From Macrostomum lignano (taxonomy: Eukaryota): a stretch of DNA of 64,000 nucleotides. Below, one piece after another: positions 38,082 to 51,469 of this stretch. Position numbers and translations under genes: made by a program. The stretch spans positions 558,001 to 622,000 of the forward strand of contig NIVC01000254.1 in the NCBI GenBank assembly GCA_002269645.1, written 5' to 3'. The notes beneath the pieces are model-generated. The model had not been told where the DNA came from, searched no databases, and saw nothing but the letters and a program-made list of their open reading frames with translations. Position 1 is the stretch's first letter. Every line of letters begins with the position of its first letter.

Positions 38082-39480
38082 TTTGAGTTTCGACCTAAAA
38101 ATCGTTTTACATTCAAGTGTTTTCTGCTAAATCGATCTTTTTGTTATTTTTATCTTATCGGGAACTGGAACTGAAAAACCGGTCACTATAAAAGAATAAT
38201 AGAAGTCTTTAAAGTTTTTAACTAAAGCTTTTTCTTAAATCTTAATCATTTCGGTATTTTCTGACTTTTTTGTATTTAAGTAGAATATGAACTCGTTTGT
38301 GTAGTTGCAAAGAATAAAATCTGATATGATAACAAATCATTCCATTTATTTTAGTGAAGCATACACTACAGCAGCATAGGCGGTGTTGTCATTGTTTTAT
38401 AATAAATTAGTGACTTTGATTAAATGAAGGTTAAGCTAAACTTTGAGATAAGGCTGAAGTAAACTTTGCTTTGCATTATTTATTTTCATTCATGTTTAGC
38501 CTGTACAAAATTGATTCATTTTTTTAATCCTTATTATTTTACTTTAAAAAATTACTTCACAGTTAGACTTTTACTTAAGCTAAAGTTTTTCTATTGCTTC
38601 AACTTTTTGCAATATTATTAATATTATTCTCATTGATTATAGAATTATTGTTTATAGCAAGGCCTTTTAAGAAAGGCTTTATGCATTCTATTTGAAATTT
38701 GTCCTTAGGCTCCCCCTATACTATCATTATGAAATTTTTTTTGCAAAAATCTTTTTATCTGCCTATCTATGTCTAGACTAACAATTGATAAGGCTTTGAA
38801 TTAAGCCATAAACCATAGGCCTAATTTGAATAAATAGAAGCCTATTTGACATTATATTTTATATTATATTGTATATGATAATTCATTTTTAGTCTATGTT
38901 TTTATTATATTATTTAAATCTTCTAGAATGAAAGTCTGTAATAGGGCCTATAAATTATAATAATAAATAATTCTATTAATAATAATACATTGTTTATTTT
39001 GTTATATAGATTATAGTATTTAAAAAGATAATAAAATAAAATCAAACTTTAAAGACAACTCTTCAGACATTGTTTTACAATTGTATCAAAAAGGGTATGT
39101 CTCACAATTTTTTTATTAATTTTAATTTTTATAAATTTTATGGCATATTTCTCTTATTTTTTAATATTTTTATTAATTATATTTTTTGATGCTTTCATTA
39201 TTGAAGTTTATCAATATTTTGTTATATTAAATATAGTAATATATTAAAATATAGTATTATAATTTTATATACTACAACTTTAAAATCTTGTTTATAACAT
39301 TAATATTATATCTAATAGAGCAAAGCAAATTTTTTAATAGCATATTTTTACCTAGTCTTTTTTCTTAATTTTAACCATATAATGTGGTATATAATTAATG
39401 TATTTGTGGTGTTTTACTTATGGTTTGCTATAAAGTCAGTTTAAAGTCACAAAAATATTCTTCTACTGCATGACTAGACA

Positions 39481-41194
39481 ATGTCCAAGCGAGTGCCCCT
39501 ACAGAAACCAGCACCAAAGTCTAAAGCCACAGCAGCCAGTAATTCAACTCGACCAAAGAAGAAGCCACCAAAGACCCAGTCTCCTTCATCTACCCTACCA
39601 GACAAAGATGCTGGCACAGAATTTGGCGATGAATTTCTCAGCAGCACACCACCAGAGATGCTGAATGATCACCAGCAGGATCAGATGGAACCAGAGTCAG
39701 CAGAGGAACTGCAGAAGCGTCTATTAGACAGACTTTTATCTCCATCATCGCCCAGTGACACCTTGTGCGAGCTCACTCACGCCCGACTCGATCGGGCTGA
39801 ACTAACCAGCATAGATTGCTTCGCCAACATGTGGCCAAGCAATAATAGTGTTACACACCTGTATTTGCAGCACAACAAATTGGAGAGCTTACTGCCGGGT
39901 ATTGAGTATTTGCCTAATCTTGTGTTTCTAACCGTGGCGCACAATCGGTTAACCAATTTGACTGGATTGGCCAGCTCAGCACCGGGTCTGAGGTTTCTGG
40001 ACGCTTCGCATAATGGATTGACAAGACTGGAGCCCAGCACAGACTTGCCTGCGAATTTGTTTATTTTGTGTTTACAGGTGTGTCTGTAGGTTTGTACTTT
40101 CGTGTTTTCCGCCCCCTAAACAGCTACACAGATCGGGGTATCCGCCCCCTAAACGGCAAAACAGATCGGGTTATCCGCCCCTTAAACAGCAACACATATC
40201 GGGTTATCCGCCCCCTAAACAACAAAACAGATCGGGTTATCCGCCCCCTAAACGGCAAAACAGATCGGGTTATCCGCCCCCTAAACAGCCAAACAGATCG
40301 GGTTATCCGCCCCCTAAACGGCAAAACAGATCGGGTTATCCGCCCCTTTAACAGCAAAACAGATCGGGTTATCCGCCCCCTAAACAGCAAAACAGATCGG
40401 ATTATCCGCTCCCTACACAGCTACACAGATCGGGTTATCCGCCCCCTTCTACACAGCTACACAGTTCAGGTTATCCGCCCCTAAACAGCCACACCGATCG
40501 TGTTATACGCCCCTTCCCTAAACAGCAGCACAGATCGGATCATCCGCCCCTATATTAAGCCACCTGTTTGGTTATCCGCAGTTTATGAATTTATGATGCA
40601 TTAATTCTTCTGCTTAGCAACGAGATGATTCGTCACCCAAAACCCGCCACCGTTGCCAAGGGCAACCCGTGTCGCGGCTACCGTCGCTCGGTGCTGTCCC
40701 GACTGCCCCGGCTGCACCAGCTGGACCTGCGAATCGTTGAGCGGCAAAGCGGCGACGACGAAGGTGCCGCCGCCGACTCCGAACGGTTGCCAACGGACTC
40801 CGAGGACGATGATGACGACGAAGCCGGCTCGGAGGATCCGGTTGACGACGATGTTGCCAGGATGCTGCGCGTTGCCAGGCAGTGCCTTGGCGAGCTGGAC
40901 GAATCGGACATCGATGAAGATGTTGACGATATTGAAGATGCTGACTACGAGGTTGAAGATCAGTTGGACGATCTCGGCGATGCTGGCGAATCCGACGGGA
41001 CTGGCGGGGACGCGGCGGCGTCGACATCGGTTCGCAGGCTCGCTGCCGACATTCTGCTGCGATCGCAGTCCCGTCTAGAAACCATGATGTCCGCTGCCGC
41101 CGAGGCCGCCGCCGACACCGAACGGAGGCGTCGAGAAATTTCTTCGGCTGCCAACGCCGGGTCTGTCGCCGAGTCGTCGACAGATCTCGAGTGA
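39481..41194 (+). CDS. LRRC46: Leucine-rich-repeat protein, LRRC46-like (2 exons: 39481-40077, 40661-41194)
   Basis: SDS22-type LRRs: VTHLYLQHNKL, LVFLTVAHNRL, LRFLDASHNGL. Splicing joins LFILCLQ|GNPCRGYRRSVLSRLPRLHQLD, an LRR cap. Acidic, helical C-terminus. The orthology call is from memory of the family. Confidence 0.78.
40105..40550. repeat. 33-bp minisatellite in LRRC46-like intron
   Basis: GTTATCCGCCCCCTAAACGGCAAAACAGATCGG units. Confidence 0.92.
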
Positions 41195-41698
41195 TTTATG
41201 CATAATTCTTGTTTTAAAAAAATCTCCTGAAAAAAGTTTACTACGATACATATCGGCATACTTATTCACACAGTACAGTTGTCAGAAAGGGCCAGCTACC
41301 AATGCACAGAGAGCACGAACGCAAAAGGGTAGCTTAATATTCTTATCACCATCGTTTTATTTAGTCGTCCTAGAGATGAAGTTGTTTCCTAGATATGTCG
41401 GGCAGAATCAAATTTTATAAACTTTATAATATTCTTAATTTAACTTGTCCATTGTAACTGAAGACTGCTGTGATTGTATATGAAATATCCGTCCATTTTT
41501 TGGTTTGCAAATTTAATTTTTATTCCTGTTCGCGTATTTTTAGTGCCTTTGGTTCCCATTTTCTTGCTTCTTTTACTATAAAATAAATATTCAAGCACAT
41601 TTTAAGGCAAAGATTCAACTTTCTTACTTTATTTTATATTGTTAAATTAAAAAATAATTTCTGTGCCACTTTTAGGTTTTCTTTTTTCTCCACCTTCA

Positions 41699-42727
41699 GT
41701 GTGAGATTTTGAGATTTGTCTCTACTTCCTCTAATGTGAGATTTTAAGATTTGTTTCTACTTCCTCTAAGGTGCGATTTTGAGATTTGTCTCTACCTCAT
41801 CTAGGGTGAGATTTTGAGATTTGTGTCTACCTCCTCTAGTGTGATATTTTGTCTCTACCTCTAGTTTGAGATTTTGAGATTTGGCTCTACCTCCTCTACT
41901 GTGAGATTTTGAGATTATTCTCTACCTCCTCTAGTGTGAGATTTTGAGATTCGTCTCTACTTCCTCCTCTAGTGTGAGATTTTGTCTCTACCTCTAGTTT
42001 GAGATTTTGAGATATGTCTATACTTTCTCTAGGGTGAGATTTTAAGATTTGTGTCTACCTCCTCTAGGGTTGGATTTTGAGATTTGTCTATACTTTCTCT
42101 AGTGTGAGATTTCGACACTTGTTGTCTCTACTTCCTCTAATGTGAGATTTTGAGATTTGTCTCTACTTCCTCCTCTAGTGTGAGATTTTGAGATTTGTCT
42201 CTAATTCCTCCTCTGGTGTGAGATTTTGAGATTTGTCTCTACCTCTTCTAGTGTGAGATTTTGAGATTTGTTTCTACTTCCTCTAAGGTGCGATTTTGAG
42301 ATTTGTCTCTACCTCTTCTAGTGTGAGATTTTGAGATTTGTCTCTACTCGTACCTCTTCTAGGGTGAGATTTTGAGATTTGTCTCTACTTCCTCTAAGGT
42401 GAGATTTTGAGATTTGTCTCTACTTTCTCCTCTAGTGTGAGATTTTGTCTGTACTTCTAGTTTGAGATTTTGAGATTTGGCTCTACCTCCTCTAGTGTGA
42501 GATTTTGAGATTTGTCTCTAACCCCTTCTCTAGTGTAAGATTTTGAGATTTGTCTCTACCTCCTCTAGTGTGAGATTTTGACACTTGTCTCTACTTCCTC
42601 TAGTGTGAGATTTTGAGATTTGTCTCTACTTCCTCCTCTAGTGTGAGATTTTGAGATTTGTCTCTACCCCCTCCTCTAGTGTGAGATTTAGAGATTTGTC
42701 TCTACCCCCTCCTCTAGTGTGAGATTT
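41699..42727. repeat. ~35-bp degenerate minisatellite (GTGAGATTTTGAGATTTGTCTCTACTTCCTCTAGT)n
   Basis: Direct reading. Confidence 0.92.
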
Positions 42728-42788
42728 CTTTCCATCAGGTGCGAGTTTTGGTTATTTCCCGCTTTTGACGTCTCCTTTCCCGCTGCAG

Positions 42789-45700
42789 GCTGCCACGACA
42801 CTCGCTCAGCGGTCGCCTACGGCCGCCGCCGCTGCTGCCGTCTCCTCGCGTGTTCATGTCGCCGCCACATTCAATGTGCCCGACTTTGCTGCCGAGTCCG
42901 CCGCCGCCGCCACCGGCGCCGTAGCTTCGTCTTCGACAACCTCAACAGCCGATGCTCTGACGCTTGCAGAGTACGGCGTCGGTCGCAGCAACAGCTGGTT
43001 ATTGCGCCGTCGTAGACCTCTGCCATTGGGGTCGGACTCCTCCGACTTGTTCGAGGACTGCTTGGCATATCTGCCAGACTCTGCGGATGACGCTGCCCTT
43101 GTTGAGTACGATTCTCCTGTAGTGTCTTCGCCTATTGGTTTAGCTGCATCAGCTTCTGAGCCTCAGCAGCCTCAGCAGGAGCAGCAGCAGGAGCAGAAGA
43201 CCACTGCGACATCGTCGAATGTCCCGGCTCAGCAGAAACCAGTTGTCATGGTGAAATCCTCTTCAGCCGTCGCCACCACCGCCTTGACAGGTCAGAAAAG
43301 TCGCCGCTCGGGTCTTCGCAGCGCGTTTAATCCGGCTTATAAGCAGCGAGATTCGGCTCTGCATCGGCTGTTTAAAGAGGTCCCGGCAGCTGAGCGGCTT
43401 GTCACGGACTGCAGTTGCGCCTGGGACCGCAACGGCTTCCTGGTGCAGGGCCGGCTGTACGCCACCACAGTGAGACTGTGCTTCTATTCGAAAATTATCG
43501 GCTTTGAGACTCGGTTTACCGTGCCACTGGCGTCCGTCACTTCCCTTACTAAGGAGCGAACCGCTCGATTAATTCCTAATGCTATCTTGGTTGTGTCTGG
43601 TCAGGACAGGTATGTACAAGTAGCTCTGCTAGATTCCCGGATTTTTTATGGTTTGTAGCTCTTCTGGAGTTTTGAGCTGGTTTTGTAGGTGTAGGTCTTT
43701 GTTCCTGTAGTTTTGAGCTGGTTTTGTAGGTGTAAGTCTCTGTTCATGTAGTTTTGAGCTGGTTTTGTAGGTGTAGGTCTTTGTTCCTGTAGTTTTGAGC
43801 TGGTTTTGTAGGTATAAGTCTTCCTGTAGTTTTGAGCTGGTTTTGTAGGTGTAGGTCTTGTTCATGTAGTTTTTAGCTGGTTTTGTAGGTATAAGTCTTT
43901 GTTCCTGTAGTTTTGAGCTGGTTTGTAGATGTAGGTCTCTGTTCCTGTAGTTTTTAGCTGGTTTTGTAGGTGTAGGTCTTTGTTCCTGTAGTTTTTAGCT
44001 GGTTTTGTAGGTGTAGGTCTTTGTTCCTGTAGTTTTGAGCTGGTTTTGTAGGTTTAGGTCTTTGTTTCTGTAGTTTTTAGCTGGTTTTGTAGGTGTAGGT
44101 CTTTGTATGTGTAGGTCTTTGTTGCTATAGTTTTTAGCTGGTTTTGTAGGTGAAGGTCTTTGTTCCTGTAGTTTTTAGCTGGTTTTGTAGGTATAAGTCT
44201 GTTCCTGTAGTTTTGAGCTGGTTTTGTAGGTATAAGTCTGTTCCTGTAGTTTTGAGCTGGTTTTGTAGGTGTAGGTCTTTGTTCCTGTAGTTTTGAGCTG
44301 GTTTTGTAGGTATAAGTCTGTTCCTGTAGTTTTGAGCTGGTTTTGTAGGTGTAGGTCTCTGTTCATGTAGTTTTTAGCTGGTTTTGTAGGTATAAGTCTT
44401 TGTTCCTGTAGTTTTGAGCTGGTCTTGTAGATGTAGGTCTCTGTTCCTGTAGTTTTTAGCTGGTTTTGTAGGTGTAGGTCTTTGTTCCTGTAGTTTTTAG
44501 CTGGTTTTGTAGGTGTAGGTCTTTGTTCCTGTAGTTTTGAGCTGGTTTTGTAGGTTTAGGTCTTTGTTTCTGTAGTTTTTAGCTGGTTTTGTAGGTGTAG
44601 GTCTTTGTATGTGTAGGTCTTTGTTGCTATAGTTTTTAGCTGGTTTTGTAGGTGAAGGTCTTTGTTCCTGTAGTTTTTAGCTGGTTTTGTAGGTGTAGGT
44701 CTTGTTCCTGTAGTTTTGAGCTGGTTTTGTAGGTTTAGGTCTTTGTTTCTGTAGTTTTTAGCTGGTTTTGTAGGTGTAGGTCTTTGTAGGTGTAGGTCTT
44801 TGTTGCTATAGTTTTTAGCTGGTTTTGTAGGTGTAGGTCTTTGTTCATGTAGTTTTTAGCTGGTTTTGTAGGTGAAGGTCTTTGTTCCTGTAGTTTTTAG
44901 CTGGTTTTGTAGATGTAGGTCTCTGTTCATGTAGTTTTTAGCTGGTTTTGTAGGTGTAGGTCTTTGTTCCTGTAGTTTTGAGCTGGTTTTGTAGGTATAA
45001 GTCTGTTCCTGTAGTTTTGAGCTGGTTTTGTAGGTGTAGGTCTCTGTTCATGTAGTTTTTAGCTGGTTTTGTAGGTGTAGGTCTTTGTTCCTGTAGTTTT
45101 GAGCTTGTTTTGTAGGTGTAAGTCTCTGTTCCTGTAGTTTTGAGCTGGTTTTGTAGGTGTAGGTCTTTGTTCCTGTAGTTTTGAGCTGGTCTTGTAGATG
45201 TAGGTCTCTGTTCCTGTAGTTTTTAGCTGGTTTTGTAGGTGTAGGTCTTTGTTCCTGTAGTTTTTAGCTGGTTTTGTAGGTGCTGCTACTATATAGCGTT
45301 TATAAGCTGTGTTTCATTTTGAAAAAACGCGAGGTAAAAGTCAAATTATTGTGCACTGCAGTCTGCAGTTGACCCGGTGTAAAATTCTTTTTTTTCAGGT
45401 ACTTTCTAACCAGCCTGACAGCCAGGGAGAAGACATTTAGTGTGCTCAGCCTACTGTGGGAACTGTGTCCTCAGCCTATGCATCCCACTATCATGTGGGA
45501 GCTGATTCACGAGTCTTATGGAAACGATCTGGGTATGTCGTGACGTGTTACCGAGTCCTGGTTAGCCAAATAGTCATCGATATTGAGTCTCTTTTAAAAA
45601 ATTAAAATGCCTTGCGTTTAATGCTCTGGGTTTAAAATAATAGTGCTGTGTAGTATGACATTGCAAATAGAAGCTTATGTTATACTAGAACTCTGTGCAC

Positions 45701-48700
45701 TGCTATTAACTAAGAACTAGGAATGTCTGTTTGCTTCGCTGTCAGATTTATGGATGATTTATATGCTTTATCAGTTTTGTGCTTGCAATCTGTTTTCTAC
45801 AGTTGCTGGACTAAGTAAAATGGCTATTGGGGGAGCCTGCGGTTAAAAAACAGCACCACGAGACAAAGATGATGAGGAGCCAAAACAGGGAGACTGAGTT
45901 GATAAAGAGCCAAAACCAAAATAGAGCCTGGGAGAAAGAGATGAAGACTCAAAACAGGGAGACTGGGAGATGATGAGGAACTAAAACAGGGAGACTGGGA
46001 CTGGGAGATGATGAGGAACTAAAACAGGGAGACTGAGAGATGATGAGGAATCAAAACAGGAAGACTGGGAGATGATGAGGAACCAAAACAGGGAGACTGG
46101 TAGATAATGAGGAATCAAAACAGGGAGACTGGGAGATGATGAGGAACCAAAACAGGGAGACTGGGACTGGGAGATGATGAGGAACTAAAACAGGGAGACT
46201 GAAAGATGATGAGGAATCAAAACAGGAAGACTGGGAGATGATGAGGAACTAAAAAAGGGAGACTGAGAGATGATGAGGAATCAAAACAGGAAGACTGGGA
46301 GATGATGAGGAACTAAAACAGGGAGACTAGGACTGGAAGATGATGAAGAACTAAAACAGGGAGACTGGGAGATGATGAGGAACTAAAACAGGGAGACTAG
46401 GACTGGAAGATGATGAAGAACTAAAACAGGGAGACTGGGAGATGATGAGGAACTAAAACAGGGAGACTAGGAGATGATGAGGAACTAAAACAGGGAGACT
46501 GGGACTGGGCGATGATGAGGAACTAAAACAGGGAGACTGAGAGATGATGAGGAATCAAAACAGGAAGACTGGGAGATGATGAGAAACTAAAACAGGGAGA
46601 CTGGGAGATGATGAGGAACTAGAACAGGGAGACTGAGTTGATAAAGAGCCAAAACCAAAATAGAGCCTGGGAGAAAGAGATGAAGACTCAAAACAGGGAG
46701 ACTGGGAGATGATGAGGAACTAAAACAGGGAGACTGGGAGATGATAAGGAACTAAAACAGGGAGACTGGGAGATGATGAGAAACTAAAACAGGGAGACTG
46801 GGACTGGGAGATGATGAGGAACTAAAACAGGGAGACTGAGAGATGATGAGGAATCAAAACAGGAAGACTGGGAGATGATGAGGAACTAAAACAGGGAGAC
46901 TGAGAGATGATGAGGAATCAAAACAGGAAGACTAAGAGATGATGAGGAACTAAAACAGGAAGACTGGGAGATGATGAGGAACTAAAACAGGGAGACTGGT
47001 AGATGATGAGGAACTAAAACAGGGAGACTGGGAGATGATGAGGAACTAAAACAGGGAGACTGAGAGATGATGAGGAATCAAAACAGGGAGACTGGTATAT
47101 GATGAGGAATCAAAACAGGGAGACTGAGAGATGATGAGGAATCAAAACAGGGAGACTGACTGGTAGATGATGAGGATTTAAAATAAGGAGACGCGAGGAA
47201 GTTGATGAAGCGCCGAAATAAAGACTGGTAGATGATAAAAAAACCGAATTCTGAGTCCGATAGATAATAATAAACATTGGGAGACTGCAAACTGATGAAG
47301 CATCCCGCTCGCCTTGCGCAGGCCTGGACTCGGATGACACTGACTACGTGCCAAGCATTTCCCGGCAACTGCCTAGCAACGATTCTTCGCCAGCTTTAAT
47401 CTCGTCGCCAACTGAAGAAGACGGCAGCGGCGGCGGCAACGGTAGCGCCAACGAAGCCGCTTCGTCATCCGTTGCCATAGCAACCGACGCTAATAATGGA
47501 TTATCGCCGGCTTTGCCTTCGCTCTCGCCGCCGTCGTTCTCAATCGGCGAAACGTCGGGTTCGTCGCTCCAAAGCCGTGTGCTAGCCGAAGAGTTCGGCC
47601 CGCCAGACTCCGCTGCAGGCGATGAGGCAGCCACCCAGCAGGAGGTCCAGACTGAGGAGTGGCTGGCCATGGACTTGCCCGCAGATGTTGACACCGTGTT
47701 TCTGGGCATATTCGGCCGCAGCTCGGCCTGGTTTCGTCAGTTTGCCGGCGAGCGAGGCTATTTGGAGATTCGAGTGGAACAGTGGAATCAAAGGGCTCGG
47801 ACCGTGTCTTATCGGGTGCCGCTGAGTGGCGCGATCGGGCCCAGGAATGCTGTGCAGGTGAGATTTTGAGACTTTATTGTGAGTCTCTCTGAGTGAGATT
47901 TTGAGACTATAGTGAGTCTGTCTGGGTGAGATTTTGACAGTTTATAGTGAGTCTGTCTGGGTGAGATTTTGACAGTTTATAGTGAGTCTGTCTGGGTGAG
48001 ATTTTGACAGTTTATAGTGAGTCTGTCTGGTTGAGATTTTGACAGTTTATAGTAAGTCTGTCTGGTTGAGATTTTGACAGTTTATAGTGAGTCTGTCTGG
48101 TTGAGATTTTGACAGTTTATAGTGAGTCTGTCTGGTTGAGATTTTGACAGTTTATAGTGAGTCTGTCTGGTTGAGATTTTGACAGTTTATAGTGAGTCTG
48201 TCTGGGTGAGATTTTGAGACTTTATAGTGAGTCTGTCTGGGTGAGATTTTGAGACTTTATAGTGAGTCTGCCTGGGTGAGATTTTGACAGTTTATAGTAA
48301 ATCTGGATGGGTGAGATTTTGACAGTTTATAGTAAATCTGGATGGGTGAGATTTTGACAGTTTATAGTAAGTCTGTCTGGGTGAGATTTTGACAGTTTAT
48401 AGTAAATCTGGATGGGTGAGATTTTGACAGTTTATAGTAAATCTGGATGGGTGAGATTTTGACAGTTTATAGTAAATCTGGATGGGTGAGATTTTGACAG
48501 TTTATAGTAAATCTGGATGGGTGAGATTTTGACAGTTTATAGTAAATCTGGATGGGTGAGATTTTGACAGTTTATAGTAAGTCTGTCTGGGTGAGATTTT
48601 TACACAATGAGTGTGAGTCTGTTTGGTGAGATTTTCAGACAGCTGGACCTGTCTTTTTCAAATCATAAAAAACCCGACCCATCATCGTCCCGCAGGCTGA

Positions 48701-49559
48701 CGAGCAGCGAATCACCCGCTACCAACCGGGCGAGGCCTACTCAGTTGAAGCCTCGTCAACCAGTCGTGACGTACCATACGGAGACGCATTTAGCACTTTT
48801 ACAGCCTACCAGCTAACCTGCGCCGGGCCGGGCAGGTGTCGCCTCCGAGTCCTGTCCGAGCTTCGATTCCATCGCCAGCTCTTCCGTTTTGTACGCGGAG
48901 TTATTGACGCCTCGTGGCGTCGCGGTGTGACGCAGCACTATGCCACCATGCGGACCAGCTTAACTGCGCACTTCAACTCGTCAAGCGCGTCAGCTGGCAA
49001 CGCCTCGGTGGCAGCAGCCGCCGCCGCCGCCACCGCTAGCGCAGATTTGTCCGCCTCCGTGTCGGACGGATCCGACAATGTCGAAATCATTCCCGACGAC
49101 TCTGTAGCGGCATCCCTATCGGATGGCAACTCTTCGGATCCGGCACTTACTTCCGCCGCTGGTGCTGCCGTTGTTGCCGCCGCCTCTGCCTCGGCTTCTA
49201 CGATGTCAGTCTCATCGATATCAGCGTCGTTGTCGTCGGCGTCAGTTTGTCGTCGGCTTATTATCGCTTTATTGATTGCCAGCGTATTTCTGTGCGTCTG
49301 CTTCTCGCTGCTGCATAGTCGGTGCGATCGACTGAACGAACTGTTGATGGAAGCTACAGCGGGGTTGGCGCCTTCCCCTCCTGTTTCTCCTGCTGCTGCT
49401 CCTCCTCCAGCTGCTGTTGTGTCTTCGTCCGACGTTGAATCAGTTGAATCTGAGCAGACTAGACAGCAGCTGGTGCAAATTATTGATGGCGCCATAGATT
49501 CGTTGGATCGGCTTTGCGCGACCCTGGCCGATTTGAGACTGCGTCTGCGTCGCCTTTAA
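42789..49559 (+). CDS. GRAMD1: GRAMD1/Aster-like ER lipid-transfer protein (GRAM, VASt, TM, coiled coil); 5' exon not identified
   Basis: Exons 42789-43609, 45399-45532, 47322-47857 and 48696-49559, phases 2/1/0 all matching. GRAM: YKQRDSALHRLF..DCSCAW..QGRLY..LCFYS. Also MWELIHESYGNDLGLDSDDTDYVP. VASt: GPRNAV..DVPYGDAF..CRLRV. TM: LIIALLIASVFLCVCFSLL. Confidence 0.9.
43655..45281. repeat. ~41-bp minisatellite in GRAMD1-like intron
   Basis: CTGGTTTTGTAGGTGTAGGTCTTTGTTCCTGTAGTTTTGAG units. Confidence 0.94.
45870..47175. repeat. ~32-bp minisatellite in GRAMD1-like intron
   Basis: GATGATGAGGAACTAAAACAGGGAGACTGGGA units. Confidence 0.93.
47858..48601. repeat. 35-bp minisatellite starting at the splice donor of a GRAMD1-like intron
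   Basis: GTGAGATTTTGACAGTTTATAGTGAGTCTGTCTGG units. Confidence 0.93.
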
Positions 49560-49699
49560 ATCCGATTCTTACTGGGATAAAGATCCTCTCTATAACTCTA
49601 GGATGTAATTTAAGCCGATTTTTATTACCTCTCCCTTACCCTGACGACGTATAGTGATACTTTGAGTCTCTAGTTTCTGCCTATCCCCGTTACCCTGGC

Positions 49700-50355
49700 C
49701 GATAGATAAGTGTTTGGCGCAGGAATGTACGCTGTCTCTACTTACCCTACCCCCGCCTTGACACCCACCTCACTCCCTTTTAGCGCAACTTGAGTGTGCG
49801 GTGCAGGAATGTTAACTGTCTCTACTTACCCTGCCCCCACCTCTGACACCCACCTCACTCCTTTTCTCGCGGCTTGACTGTTTCTCTCTATACCACCCAC
49901 AAAGTGGCTGTTGATAACCGTGCGGTGCAACGTACACTGCAAATTGTTGACGCCCACCTCACTCCCTTACTTAACTGCTAGTAACATTGTTGCTTCGTTT
50001 GATTTTCCAGACTTCTATAAATCTATATAACAGTCTAATTATCTATCCCTCCTCTCCCCACCTCCTGGACCAAGGACGATACTGTTAATACAATTGTCCA
50101 CCGTCTCGTACCCCCCCCCCCTAATTGGTCGATAATTGACTTTGGCGCACGAGTGTACACTGCTTCTCTTAACCCTCCCTCCACCCTAGACACCCACCCC
50201 ACTCCCTGTCTCGCGGCTTGCTTAGTCATCACAAGAGAATTCGCGTTATCTCTACTCCCTAACTGGTCGATAATTGACTGTAGGGCACGAGTGTACACTG
50301 TCTCTCCTAACCTTCCCTCCACCCTAGACACCCACCCACTCCCTGTCTCGCGGCC
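49700..50355. repeat. Degenerate dispersed/tandem repeats with GACACCCACCYCACTCCC core
   Basis: The core recurs about five times. An ~80-bp block is duplicated at ~50140-50220 and ~50275-50355. Confidence 0.6.
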
Positions 50356-51469
50356 TGTCTTCGTTTCACATTGTTACACAGAACCGATGAGTTCCCTATC
50401 CCTATTGCATTTTCCTATCATCCCCATCATTTCTTCTTAATTCGGCAAATATTCGGGGCACAATATTTGTCATCTGGGACTATTAGTGTATTTTAATTTA
50501 AACAATAAAAGCACAGTAAAAAATCTAAGCTTTTATATTGCATTTTGACCTATTTTTCTAGTTTTTTCTTTATTGTTATCAACCTACAAATATAAGATAA
50601 AATTTATTTTAAGCTATATAACTTCAAAATATTTCCTAGCTTTTACTTCCGTAGAGCCTGACCTTGTGTTGATCTCTATTTGAACTGTCTATAGCGAGCC
50701 CTTTTAATTGCCATGTATTTTTATTAAAGCACTTTCTCAAAGTAGAAGAAATTTTAAGCCTACATATCCTATTTTAGATAGCTAAAGAAGAGCACAGATT
50801 ACGTCATATTTTGCCTTGGACTTTTTTAGATTGATTTACTTTCTCGCAGTTTCTTTCTAAACTGATAAACTGAAGTTTAGTGTTTTCACATAGTTTTTTC
50901 AAAATGTTAGAAAATCCGTGTCTTGGATGCGTGCAATATATTTTATTCGAAATCTTTATTAGTCTAGTCTAAGTTCGCACACTCTTATAATATTGACAAG
51001 TAGTATTTTAAGTAGTATAGTGTGCGCGCAAAGCTTTCGAGCTCATTCGTTTGTCTTTGTCTATCTATTATCATTAGTTAGTTTGTCACGGCTGTTTAAT
51101 TCCTATTGTATTATTTATCATTGTTTTTCCCTTCTTTAATTGCCATGCAGAATTTTGTTGATGGCCAGCAAGTTTTGTGAAGACAAATTTACTCGTATCT
51201 ATTACCATATGCTTGTTGTCACTCTATATTGTCACAATCTTTTAATCGGAATTTGTGTATTTTTCTCCCCATGATTTTCTGTCAAAGATGAAATTATTTA
51301 TTGAACATTCGATGCTTGTGTTTGAGACAATTTACGCTTTTCCCACAATAACTGCTGTTTTATAAAGCTTTTAAAACATCTACTAGAATATAATGTCAAC
51401 TCAGCCTACGACTCTGCTGACATGTAACAGTGTCTTTCTGCTTACCACAGCCATTCATTGCTGCATCTA

